The notes below the pieces were generated by a model. The model ran no database searches, was not told the origin of the DNA, and was given only the letters and a program-made list of their open reading frames with translations. Both the position numbers and the translations under genes were made by a program. From an uncultured Pseudomonadota bacterium (GTDB taxonomy: Bacteria > Myxococcota_A > Polyangia > Fen-1088): a stretch of 64,000 bases of DNA. This document shows, piece after piece, positions 55,766-64,000 of this stretch (positions within the stretch are counted from its first letter, which is position 1; every line of letters starts with the position of its first letter). The stretch lies in assembly GCA_963847705.1 (NCBI GenBank), contig CAWKBC010000029.1:64001-128000 (forward strand), written 5' to 3'.

Positions 55766-56680
55766 ATGAGCAACGATCGAATGATGGCGCAGATTTCCAG
55801 GAAGGAGGGCTTCCTGGCCGCCCTCGATCAGAGCGGCGGCTCGACACCCGGCGCCCTCCGGCAATACGGCGTTCCCGACAGCGCCTACAGCGGCGACGCC
55901 GAGATGTTCCAGCGCATGCACGAGATGCGGGTGCGCGTGATGACCGCCCCCGCCTTCGACGGCGACAAGGTCATCGCCGCCATCCTCTTCGAGAACACGA
56001 TGGAGGGCCAGGCCGCCGGCAAGCCCGTCCCGGCCTGCCTCTGGGACGAGCGCGGGGTGGTTCCGTTCCTCAAGGTCGATCAGGGGCTGGAGGCGGAGAA
56101 GGACGGCGTGCGGCTCATGAAGCCCATCCCCCGGCTCGACCAGCTCCTCCGGCGCGCGCTCGAGCTGGGCATCTTCGGCACCAAGATGCGCTCGACGATC
56201 AATCTCCCCTCGAAGAGCGGCGTCGCCGCCATCGTGGCGCAGCAGCTCGCGGTGGCCGGTCAGATCGCCCGGCAGGGGTTGGTGCCGATCCTGGAGCCGG
56301 AGATCCTGATCACCAGTCCCGACAAGGCCGGGGCGGAGGCCCTTCTCCGGCAGGAGCTGCTGAGCGCCCTCGACGGGTGGACGTCCAGCCTGCCCGTCCT
56401 GGTCAAGCTCACGATCCCTGAGGCGCCGGATCACTATCTGCCGCTGGTCGAACACCCCAAGGTCGCCCGCGTGCTGGCCCTCTCGGGCGGCTACACGCGT
56501 CAGGTCGCCTGCGAACGCCTCTCCCGCAATCACGGCATGATCGCCAGCTTTTCCCGGGTGCTCCTCGAGGATCTGCGCCGCTCGATGAGCGACGCGGAGT
56601 TCGACGCCGCCCTGGCGGCGGCGATCGAGCAGATCTACCGGGCCTCCACGGTGAAGACCCCCGCCGCCTCACCAGGGTGA
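55766..56680 (+). CDS. fda: Class I fructose-bisphosphate aldolase
   Basis: GFLAALDQSGGSTPGAL, AILFE, VPFLKVDQGL, GTKMRS, VPILEPE, VKLTIP, ALSGGY, IASFSR. Confidence 0.95.
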   Translation: MSNDRMMAQISRKEGFLAALDQSGGSTPGALRQYGVPDSAYSGDAEMFQRMHEMRVRVMTAPAFDGDKVIAAILFENTMEGQAAGKPVPACLWDERGVVPFLKVDQGLEAEKDGVRLMKPIPRLDQLLRRALELGIFGTKMRSTINLPSKSGVAAIVAQQLAVAGQIARQGLVPILEPEILITSPDKAGAEALLRQELLSALDGWTSSLPVLVKLTIPEAPDHYLPLVEHPKVARVLALSGGYTRQVACERLSRNHGMIASFSRVLLEDLRRSMSDAEFDAALAAAIEQIYRASTVKTPAASPG

Positions 56681-56775
56681 TCTCCGTGAAGTCGCCGGCG
56701 TCAGTCATTGAAACCGCGCGCCGACCACCAGCTCATCGCCCACTGAACGGCGCATCTGCGATAAGGTCCTACGCC

Positions 56776-57804
56776 GTGAAGACGGAGCGCGCGCAGGGGG
56801 CGTGGTGGATTTCGCTGCCGGCGCTGGCGCTGATGGCGGCGGTGGTCGGTTGCGGCGGCGGAAACTCGGCGTCGCCAGGCGGAGGCAGCACCGGAGGTGG
56901 TGGCGGGGGAGCCGGCGCCAGCGGGCAGGCCGGCGCCGGAGAAGCGGGCGCGGGGAGCGCCGGCGCGGCGGGGACCTCGCCCGATGCCGGGGCCTGCGGC
57001 CCGCGAAACATACAGCAGGCGCCGGTGTGGATGGCGACGTCGCTTTCGGCGATGGCCACCATCGTCGACGAGACCGGGGCGCCCGTCGCCGGCCAGCCAG
57101 CGTACATCACCGGCATCAACATCAGCTCGGCGCCCGCCACCACCAGCGCGACCGGCGCGGTGACCATCTCGACCGCGCTCACCTTCACGGACCCGGTCTT
57201 CAAGTACGGAGACAGCATCAATTACGCGCAGCTGACGGTCATGGCGGCGAACGGGACCAATGACTACACCGCCGGCGGCACGATGACGCTGCTGACGGGC
57301 AAGCTGTCCGACAAGCCGGCGGTCGCCCTGACGCCGGGGACGACGGCGATCTCCGGCGACGTGGCGGTCACCGTCCCGGCCGGCGGCACCGTCCAGATCG
57401 ACCCCCTGGTGTACGACACCGCAGACAGCCAGAAGCTGCGCACCGTCTCCATGCCGGTCGGCAAGCTGGCGCCGAATCTGGGGCAAGCCGGGACGGTGGC
57501 CGACTTCGCGCTGGTCTACGGCGTGGCGCCGGCGGAGACCATCTTCTGCCCGGCGGTCTCGGTGGCGGTCACGCTGCCGCATCAGACCGCGACGGCGTAC
57601 AACGATCTCGGCTGGGCGCCGGGGACGGCCGTGGAGTTCTGGGTCACCACCACCGACGTCGGCCAGACCTACGCGCCCTTTGCCGGGTGGTCCAAGATGA
57701 GCGACGGCACGGTGAGCAGCGACGGAACGGCGGTCATCACCGCCAGCGGCCCCGGCCAGGGCTTCGTGTTCTTGGAGACGTTCGCCATCCGCAAAGGCTC
57801 CTGA
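56776..57804 (+). CDS. Hypothetical lipoprotein (carboxypeptidase-regulatory/ZU5-like beta domains)
   Basis: Lipobox VVGC. Gly linker. IVDETGAPVAG. Domain assignment tentative. Confidence 0.7.
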   Translation: MKTERAQGAWWISLPALALMAAVVGCGGGNSASPGGGSTGGGGGGAGASGQAGAGEAGAGSAGAAGTSPDAGACGPRNIQQAPVWMATSLSAMATIVDETGAPVAGQPAYITGINISSAPATTSATGAVTISTALTFTDPVFKYGDSINYAQLTVMAANGTNDYTAGGTMTLLTGKLSDKPAVALTPGTTAISGDVAVTVPAGGTVQIDPLVYDTADSQKLRTVSMPVGKLAPNLGQAGTVADFALVYGVAPAETIFCPAVSVAVTLPHQTATAYNDLGWAPGTAVEFWVTTTDVGQTYAPFAGWSKMSDGTVSSDGTAVITASGPGQGFVFLETFAIRKGS

Positions 57805-58117
57805 CGGACGTCGCCCAGGTGACGGTCGGTCCGGGCGCGCGCGGATCGCTCACCGAACGGGTGAATCGCCCCGAACCAGCTCAACTGGTCCATCATCGCC
57901 TGCATCAACACGGGCGGACGCTCGGGTTGGCCGCCCGGCGGGGATCCGTGGGCGGGCGTGCAGGCTGTGACGAATCTTGGCAACACGGCGGACGGCTCTG
58001 ACAGTTCTACCCGTGAGTCTCAAGTCCACGAACTCGTCGCTCCCCGTCATTCTGTCGCCCCTTTTTCGCCCTTCTCATTCGAGTGGGCCGCACCAACCCT
58101 CGGCGCGGAAGGCCTTC

Positions 58118-59626
58118 GTGACCAAATCTCTCTTGCCTCGCGTCCTGCTCACGGCGCTCTGGAGCATGGGTGTTGTCGCGTGTTCGACTTCCCCCATCGA
58201 GGGAGCGAGCGGAACGGGCGGTAACGAGTCTGGGGGCTCGGGCGGCAGTCGAGGCGGCGGCTCGGGCGGTGTGGCCGGCGCCGGAGATGGCGCCTCCACG
58301 GGCGGCACGCTCGGAACGGGCGGCAACGTCTCGACGGGCGGTGAAACGGGGACTGGTGGCAACCTTTCGACCGGCGGAGCGACCGGATCTGGGGGGAACG
58401 TCTCGACGGGTGGTGCACCGGGGACAGGCGGCCAGGTGTCCACGGGCGGCGTCAGCGGATCGGGCGGCAGGACCGGCGCCGGAGGGGCCAACGGCGGCAG
58501 CGGGGGGACGACTGGTTCGGCCGGAACCTCGGGTTCGGGGGGCTCCAGCTCGAACAACGCGGGACCTTGTGACCTGTACGCGACGGCGAACATCCCGTGC
58601 GTCGCCGCGTTCAGCACGGTCAGGGTCCTTCTCAGCACCTACAAGGGACCGCTGTACCAGGTTCGTAAAGGGGGGACGAACAACGTCTTCAAGGGCAACC
58701 AGCCGATCGGCACCGGGGGCGGTACGACAGGTGGAACGACCCAGGACATCGGGGCCACCGCCGACGGCTTCGCCGATTCCGCGTCCCAAGACGCGTTTTG
58801 CGGCACCGCGACCTGCACCTTCTCCGTCCTCTACGACCAGTCGGGCAAGGGCAACAATCTCACGCAGTCACCCGCAGGGCAGTACGAGCTTGGACCGGAC
58901 TACGAGGTGCCGGCGACGCACGCGGTGATGGTCGGCGGCCACAAGGTGTACTCGGCCTATTTCCCAAACCCACCTTCCTTGCCGTCCGGCTCCGCGCCCT
59001 CCGGCTACGGGTACCGGAACAACAAGACCTCCGGTATGGCCACGGGCAGCAACGGCGCGCAGGGCGTTTACATGGTCGCCGACGGCACTCACTCTGGAAA
59101 CGGATGCTGCTTCGACTTTGGCAACGCCGAAACCAACAATGGGAGTGGACCCACGGGAGCCATGGCGGCGCTGAACCTCGGGACCTCCTACTGGGGGACA
59201 GGCGCGGGCAGCTCCCCCTGGTTCGAGGGTGACTTCGAGGCGGGAGTCTGGGCTGGAGGTTCGTCGTGCGGCACGCCAGGTTCGGGCCAGCTCACCTGCA
59301 GTGGTCGACAGCCCAACCCTCAAAACCCTTCGATGAAGGCGCTCCCGTACGCGTTCGGCATTCTCAAGACCGGCACCACGAACAGCATGCCGACCTGGGT
59401 GCTCAAGGTTGGAGACGCCACGGCCAGCACCCTCACGACCGCCTACAGCGGAGCGGCCCCCGCCAAGTGGCAGTTGCAGGGCGCGGTCCTCCTCGGCACG
59501 GGCGGCGACAACAGCAATTCGTCGTGGGGAACCTTCTACGAAGGCGCCATCACCTCCGGCCAGCCGTCCGACGCGACCGACGACGCCGTCCACGCCAACA
59601 TCGCCGCGGCCGGATACGGAAAATGA
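58118..59626 (+). CDS. GH54 alpha-L-arabinofuranosidase B catalytic domain lipoprotein
   Basis: GPCDLY...PCVAAFS, YKGPLYQVR, LYDQSGKGN, GCCFDFGNAE, DFE, LGTGGDNS, GTFYEG. No CBM42 seen. Confidence 0.92.
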   Translation: MTKSLLPRVLLTALWSMGVVACSTSPIEGASGTGGNESGGSGGSRGGGSGGVAGAGDGASTGGTLGTGGNVSTGGETGTGGNLSTGGATGSGGNVSTGGAPGTGGQVSTGGVSGSGGRTGAGGANGGSGGTTGSAGTSGSGGSSSNNAGPCDLYATANIPCVAAFSTVRVLLSTYKGPLYQVRKGGTNNVFKGNQPIGTGGGTTGGTTQDIGATADGFADSASQDAFCGTATCTFSVLYDQSGKGNNLTQSPAGQYELGPDYEVPATHAVMVGGHKVYSAYFPNPPSLPSGSAPSGYGYRNNKTSGMATGSNGAQGVYMVADGTHSGNGCCFDFGNAETNNGSGPTGAMAALNLGTSYWGTGAGSSPWFEGDFEAGVWAGGSSCGTPGSGQLTCSGRQPNPQNPSMKALPYAFGILKTGTTNSMPTWVLKVGDATASTLTTAYSGAAPAKWQLQGAVLLGTGGDNSNSSWGTFYEGAITSGQPSDATDDAVHANIAAAGYGK

Positions 59627-59641
59627 GACCGCGCCGCGGGT

Positions 59642-60469
59642 CTATGCGCCCGCGGCCATCGCGTCTGTGAGGCGGGGGAACTTGGGCCGAAAGCCCAGGT
59701 CTTCGCGGATGCGGCGGCCGTCGAGGAGGGCGTCGAAAGCGCGCGCGGCGTCGGCGTTCGAGCCATCCGGCGGCGGCGCCCCCACGGAGGCGAACAGCGT
59801 GGCGAAGTCGGGGGCCTCGTCGTCGACCACGTTGTAGATGCGATGCGCAGGCGACGGGGCGTCGAGCAAGCGGGCCACGGCCTGCGCAACGTCGGCGTGG
59901 TGGCCGACCGACATGCGCTGGGTCGGGGAGAAGCTGCGCATCATCGGAATCGCCTCCGCGATGTGCGGATCGCCGTCGCCGTACACGAACGGCAGCCGAA
60001 GCACGCGGACATCGAAACCTTCGCTCGCCAGGAGAAAGCGCTCGGCGGCGAGCTTGCTCACCGGGTAGGCCGCGGTCGGCGCGCAGGCGTCGTCCTCCTG
60101 GGCGAGGCGGCCGCCATTCGAACCGTAGACCAGGCCGGTGCTGGTGAAGACGAAGCGCTTCACGGCGGCGGCCTGGGCCGCCCGCGCCAGGTGCTGCGTG
60201 CCGAGATCGTTGACCGCCTGCGCCTGCTCGGGCGTCGCGCCGCGGAAGAAGGCCGCGCAGTGGACCACGGCCTCGACGCCGAGCACCGCCGCTGCGAGCG
60301 ATGCCGGTTCGAGCAGATCGCCCTCGGCCAGCTCGAGACCAGCTTCGCGCAGGCCGGCGGCGCGCGCCCGATCGCGCACCAGGGCGCGCACCTCGTCACC
60401 CCGCTGGGCAAGTCGTTTGGCGAGTCGGCTTCCCACCTTGCCGGTCGCTCCCGTGACGAGGATCTTCAT
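59642..60469 (-). CDS. NAD-dependent epimerase/dehydratase (extended SDR)
   Basis: MKILVTGATGKVG, VVHCAA, FVFTST, YPVSK, RLPFVYG. Confidence 0.93.
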   Translation of the reverse strand: MKILVTGATGKVGSRLAKRLAQRGDEVRALVRDRARAAGLREAGLELAEGDLLEPASLAAAVLGVEAVVHCAAFFRGATPEQAQAVNDLGTQHLARAAQAAAVKRFVFTSTGLVYGSNGGRLAQEDDACAPTAAYPVSKLAAERFLLASEGFDVRVLRLPFVYGDGDPHIAEAIPMMRSFSPTQRMSVGHHADVAQAVARLLDAPSPAHRIYNVVDDEAPDFATLFASVGAPPPDGSNADAARAFDALLDGRRIREDLGFRPKFPRLTDAMAAGA

Positions 60470-60568
60470 CTGCCGAAGATAGCCACCGGCGCTGGTCGGC
60501 GATTGGATAAAACGGACAAGCGTGCCCGGAGGGTTGCGCGACGTCGCGGGCGCAATCAAGCTCATCTC

Positions 60569-61351
60569 GTGTACGCCAGCGCCGTCCATCGCGACCGCCT
60601 TGCGCCGAGCGCGTCGACCGCGCCCGCCGTGTCGGCCCTGTTCACCTACGACTGCGATCGCGACGGCCCCGGCGTCGCGATTCCCCGTCCGGAGATCCAG
60701 CTCGTCGTTCGCTTCGGCCCGTCGGCGCGAAGTGGCCTCGACGTGCACGCGTTCGGCGCCCGCCAGAGCGTGCATCGAAAGCTCATTCGCCGCGGGCAGC
60801 GTTCCTTGACGGCGCGCCTTCGGCTGGGCGCGCCGGAGGCGGTGCTGGGCGTGCCCGCCTCCGCGATGGCCGGGCGCATCGTCGCGCTCGAGGACCTGTG
60901 GGGCGACGTTGACACGCGCCGACTGTGCGCCCGGCTGGCCGACGCGCGCGACATCGCCGCTGCGGCTGCAATCCTGGAGAGCGCGATCGCCGATCGCCTG
61001 GCGACCGCGGAGGGCCGCCCCGCCCGCGCGCAGCTCGCCCGCGCCGCCGCCGACAGGCTGACCAGCGCCAGCGTGAACGCCGTCGCCGCCGACCTCGGCG
61101 TGAGCGAGCGGCACCTCCGTCGCGTGTTCCACGAAACCGTGGGCGTGAGCCCGAAGGCGTTCGCCAAGCTCGCCCGCTTCCATCGCGCGCTGAGCGCCGC
61201 GCGGCAGGACGCTCACGCGGGCTGGGCGAGCATCGCCGCCGCGGCCGGCTACTACGATCAAGCGCACCTCATCGCCGAGTTCCGTGCGATCGCGGGCGTG
61301 ACGCCGCGGGCGCTGGTTGCGGAGATGGGGGCGGCGCCCATGGTTGGCTGA
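60569..61351 (+). CDS. AraC family transcriptional regulator
   Basis: VAADLGVSERHLRRVF...GVSPK, IAAAAGYYDQAHLIAEF. Divergent from the SDR gene. Confidence 0.92.
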   Translation: MYASAVHRDRLAPSASTAPAVSALFTYDCDRDGPGVAIPRPEIQLVVRFGPSARSGLDVHAFGARQSVHRKLIRRGQRSLTARLRLGAPEAVLGVPASAMAGRIVALEDLWGDVDTRRLCARLADARDIAAAAAILESAIADRLATAEGRPARAQLARAAADRLTSASVNAVAADLGVSERHLRRVFHETVGVSPKAFAKLARFHRALSAARQDAHAGWASIAAAAGYYDQAHLIAEFRAIAGVTPRALVAEMGAAPMVG

Positions 61352-61409
61352 GCAGATCGGAGGGGCCGGAGGCATCGACCGATTGACCGGCATTGGCTAC
61401 GCTCCCGCC

Positions 61410-62303
61410 ATGAGCAACCCTCAAGCAGGTATTTTTGCCCTGGGAACGGCGTCTCATGCCTATCTGGAATTCGATCTGGCGCATGGCCGAGACGGGCACG
61501 CTCTGGTCGCGGCGGTCTCGTCGTTGCGGGAGCCGAGGACGACCATGGGAGGCGTCAACCTGGTGGCCGGATTCCGTCCCGAGCTGTGGGCCCAGGTGGC
61601 GCCTGACGACGCACCGGCCGCGATGGTGGGATTCAATCGCGATCTGGTCGGAGCGGATGGATTCGTCATGCCCGCCACTCAGCACGATGCCGTGCTCTGG
61701 ATATCGGGGAGCGCGTACGACGTGGTCTTCGACGTGGCCCGAAGGGTGATCGCCGAGCTGACCGGACTGGCCGTCGTGGCCGACGAGACCTCGAGCTGGC
61801 CGTATCAGCGCGATCGCGATCTCACGGGTTTTGTCGACGGCTCGGAGAACCCCACTCTGGTCGACGCTCCAGAGGTGGTCGTGATTGCGGAGGGACACCC
61901 TGGCGCCGGAGGCACGGTCTTGCTGCTTCAGAAATGGGCGCACCGAACCCCGCTCTGGCAGTCCCTTTCGGTGGCGGCACAAGAGGCGGTGATCGGCCGG
62001 AAGAAGCTCGACAGCGTGGAGATCGAGAACAAAGCGCCAGATTCCCACGTGGCGAGCACCGACCAAGATCGGTTCGGCAAGATCTTTCGGCGGAACATGC
62101 CGTACGGAACGGTCACCAACCACGGCACCATGTTCGTCGGGTTCAGCTCCGAGCAGCGGCGGCTCTCCCAGATGCTGGACAGCATGGCGGGGCTGGTGAC
62201 CGGCGTGCGAGACTCCCTCACCCGGTACACGACCCCGCTCAGCGGCGCGTACTACTTCGTTCCGTCGGTCGAAAGGCTCCGCGGCGGTTCAGGCAGTCGG
62301 TAG
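61410..62303 (+). CDS. Dyp-type peroxidase
   Basis: MPATQHD, RDLTGFVDGSENP, QKWAH, SHV, IFRRNMPYG, GAYYFVPS. Confidence 0.95.
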   Translation: MSNPQAGIFALGTASHAYLEFDLAHGRDGHALVAAVSSLREPRTTMGGVNLVAGFRPELWAQVAPDDAPAAMVGFNRDLVGADGFVMPATQHDAVLWISGSAYDVVFDVARRVIAELTGLAVVADETSSWPYQRDRDLTGFVDGSENPTLVDAPEVVVIAEGHPGAGGTVLLLQKWAHRTPLWQSLSVAAQEAVIGRKKLDSVEIENKAPDSHVASTDQDRFGKIFRRNMPYGTVTNHGTMFVGFSSEQRRLSQMLDSMAGLVTGVRDSLTRYTTPLSGAYYFVPSVERLRGGSGSR

Positions 62304-62347
62304 CAGGAGTGCCCGGGCCTCCCTCCTCAGCGTCAAGAGCGGAATGA

Positions 62348-62379
62348 TTGCAAGTTACTGACGTTGGCGTCATTATTTT
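62348..62379 (+). promoter_or_regulatory. Promoter/operator of the AbiE pair
   Basis: AT-rich patch with TTGCAA, inverted repeat TGACG-ttgg-CGTCA (62359-62372), and TATTTT 6 nt before the ATG. Confidence 0.5.
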
Positions 62380-62385
62380 ACAGTC

Positions 62386-63144
62386 ATGATTTCGACGCCG
62401 AGCGAGGCCATAGAGGCCTTCCACCTGACCTTCCTCGCACACCTGTCGAAGGACCCGAGCAAGGCCGTCATCAAAGGGGGGCAGAACCTCAGGCTCTTCT
62501 TCGAGAGCGTGAGGCACTCGGACGACCTCGACATGGATGTGTCCGTCACGTCGAAGGAGACGCTCAAGAAGAAGGTCGACAAGATCCTGGCCTCGCCGCG
62601 CTTCAGGACGGCGCTCCTGCTCTACGGGATCGGGATCGAGCAGGTTTCGACGCCGAAGCAGACCGACACCACGCAGCGGTGGAAGATGACCCTGAAAGTG
62701 AAGGGTCTGCGCGAGCCCGTTCACACCAGGATCGAATTCTCACGCCGAGCGTCCACCGGGAAGGCCGTGCTGGGTCCGGTGGCCAAGCCGATAGCAGACT
62801 CCTACGGTGCGAGCCCCTTCTCAGCCTCACACTACGGGCTCACCGAAAGCATCGCCCAGAAGGTATCGGCGATGGCGGGTCGGGACAGGACGCGCGACCT
62901 CTTCGACCTGGCCATGCTCCTGGAGCGCTACGCAAAGGACGTGGGTTCGGTGACCGCCCTGCACCCACCGAGCGAACGGGCGCGCGCCGCCCTCAAGAGA
63001 GCGTCGGGGATGACCTTCGACGCGTACAAGGCCGAAGTGTTGCCGTACCTCGAAAAGTCCAAGAGGAAGGAGCACGGCAGCCGGCAGAGCTGGGAAGAGA
63101 AGAAGGCGCTCGTCGTCCAGGGCCTGGAGATCTTCAGCCGATGA
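62386..63144 (+). CDS. abiEii: AbiEii-type nucleotidyltransferase toxin (type IV TA)
   Basis: IKGGQNLRLFF..VRHSDDLDM; QKVSA...RTRDLFDL. Confidence 0.85.
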   Translation: MISTPSEAIEAFHLTFLAHLSKDPSKAVIKGGQNLRLFFESVRHSDDLDMDVSVTSKETLKKKVDKILASPRFRTALLLYGIGIEQVSTPKQTDTTQRWKMTLKVKGLREPVHTRIEFSRRASTGKAVLGPVAKPIADSYGASPFSASHYGLTESIAQKVSAMAGRDRTRDLFDLAMLLERYAKDVGSVTALHPPSERARAALKRASGMTFDAYKAEVLPYLEKSKRKEHGSRQSWEEKKALVVQGLEIFSR

Positions 63145-63750
63145 GCGCCCTCGACCTCACGCTCTTGCTGAAGGACTTCCCCTCTCCGGTGGTGACGACC
63201 TCCGAGGTCGCCGTCCTCATGCGAGGACGAGTCGACTCAGCGAACAAGATGCTCGGCAGGCTGGCGACCAAAGGCGTCGTCAAGCCGCTCGCCAGGGGCT
63301 TGTGGGCCCTCGGCCGGGACCTCGATCCGAAGGTTCTGTCGCGCTACCTGGCCGCGCCCTCCCCCAGCTACCTCTCTCTCCTGTCGGCGCTGAGGTTTCA
63401 CGGGATGATCTCCGCAGATCCCGCGCTCGACGTACGTGGTGACGCTCGGCAGGCCCCAGGAGGTCGAGACGTCGTTGGGCGACTTCTCCCTCCACACCGT
63501 GGCGCCCGAGGTCTTCGGAGGATTCGTGGCGACCCCCGAAGGTGCGCTCATCGCCTCGCCGGAGAAGGCCCTCTTCGACGTCTTCTACCTGTCCGGGACG
63601 AGGCCGCGCACCTTCTCGTCGCTGCCCGAGGTCGAGCTGCCCGACGACTTCGACTTCGGGAAGGTGAGGAGCTGGACGCGCAAGGTGCCGTCCAAGCGCC
63701 TCCAGACGATCGTGGAGCGCAGGACGTCAGAGCTAGAAGCGGCCCAATGA
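63141..63750 (+). CDS. abiEi: AbiEi-type antitoxin/regulator, frameshifted near 63412
   Basis: wHTH LGRLATKG...LARGLW; SYLSLLSALRFHGMIS|QIP; IASPEKALFD. ATGA overlap with the toxin stop. Confidence 0.85.
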
Positions 63751-63942
63751 CTCACGTGAGCGGCTTGCTCGGCTGTGGACATCCGATCTTACTTGCCGCG
63801 CGAGGCGGCGTCGGCGGAGCCGAGCTCGATGTCGCGTTGCCGTTGGCAGCACGGGAAAGGGCAACGATACAGGGTCCGCCGTAGATTGACCGCGCACATC
63901 CAAGATCCAGGTTTCTCCGGGTGTGACGGAGGGAGTACAGAG

Positions 63943-64000
63943 ATGACCGGACGGGGGATGGCTGGAGCGGTGGTCGGTCTTCTTTTATCAGCCCCGGCCT
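63943..64000 (+). CDS. Start of a probable exported protein, truncated by the window edge
   Basis: GGAGGGAG RBS then MTGRGMAGAVVGLLLSAPA. Confidence 0.4.
   Translation, partial: MTGRGMAGAVVGLLLSAPA

Noticed and set aside
57805-58117. Riboswitch or ncRNA upstream of the GH54 gene
   Set aside because: No recognisable aptamer consensus by eye; an Infernal/Rfam scan would be needed to exclude it.
58290-58470. About 30-bp imperfect repeats (also 52160-52250 and 16600-16700)
   Set aside because: They encode ordinary Gly/Thr/Ser lipoprotein linkers seen throughout the window.
61410-62303. Dyp as encapsulin cargo
   Set aside because: No GSLxIGSL-type C-terminal targeting peptide and no encapsulin gene downstream.
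62304-64000. Integrated mobile element carrying AbiE
   Set aside because: No integrase, transposase, tRNA or att-like direct repeat is visible in the window.

Overview
High-GC bacterial DNA. The gene style (many lipoproteins with Gly/Thr/Ser linkers and 'DGG' motifs, a DUF1592/DUF1552 pair, ECF-TPR modules) points to Myxococcota/Polyangia (inference). About 58 CDS were called; I found no rRNA, tRNA, CRISPR array or transposase. Recognisable genes: glpX, class I aldolase, murJ, a YegD-like Hsp70, gabT plus an aldehyde dehydrogenase in an amine/polyamine catabolic cluster, GH30, GH54 and DUF2961/GH172 glycosidases, a Dyp peroxidase and an AbiE toxin-antitoxin pair in reversed order. The best candidate for an undescribed system is the two-gene operon at 34798-39393. 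It encodes a membrane-anchored protein resembling the N-terminal beta-barrel plus alpha-helical module of eukaryotic large lipid transfer proteins (MTP/vitellogenin/apoB), and a lipoprotein with a long amphipathic beta-sheet. A perfect 20-bp palindrome with a CRP-consensus core lies upstream. Other notable items: two ECF sigma/TPR anti-sigma modules with a shared promoter-like motif (ACGGAT-N13-G[AG]CAC), a 5x20-bp palindromic tandem array, many apparently leaderless genes, and six frameshifts (five at or beside GATC, probably long-read errors). All product calls come from motif recognition by eye; no database searches were run.
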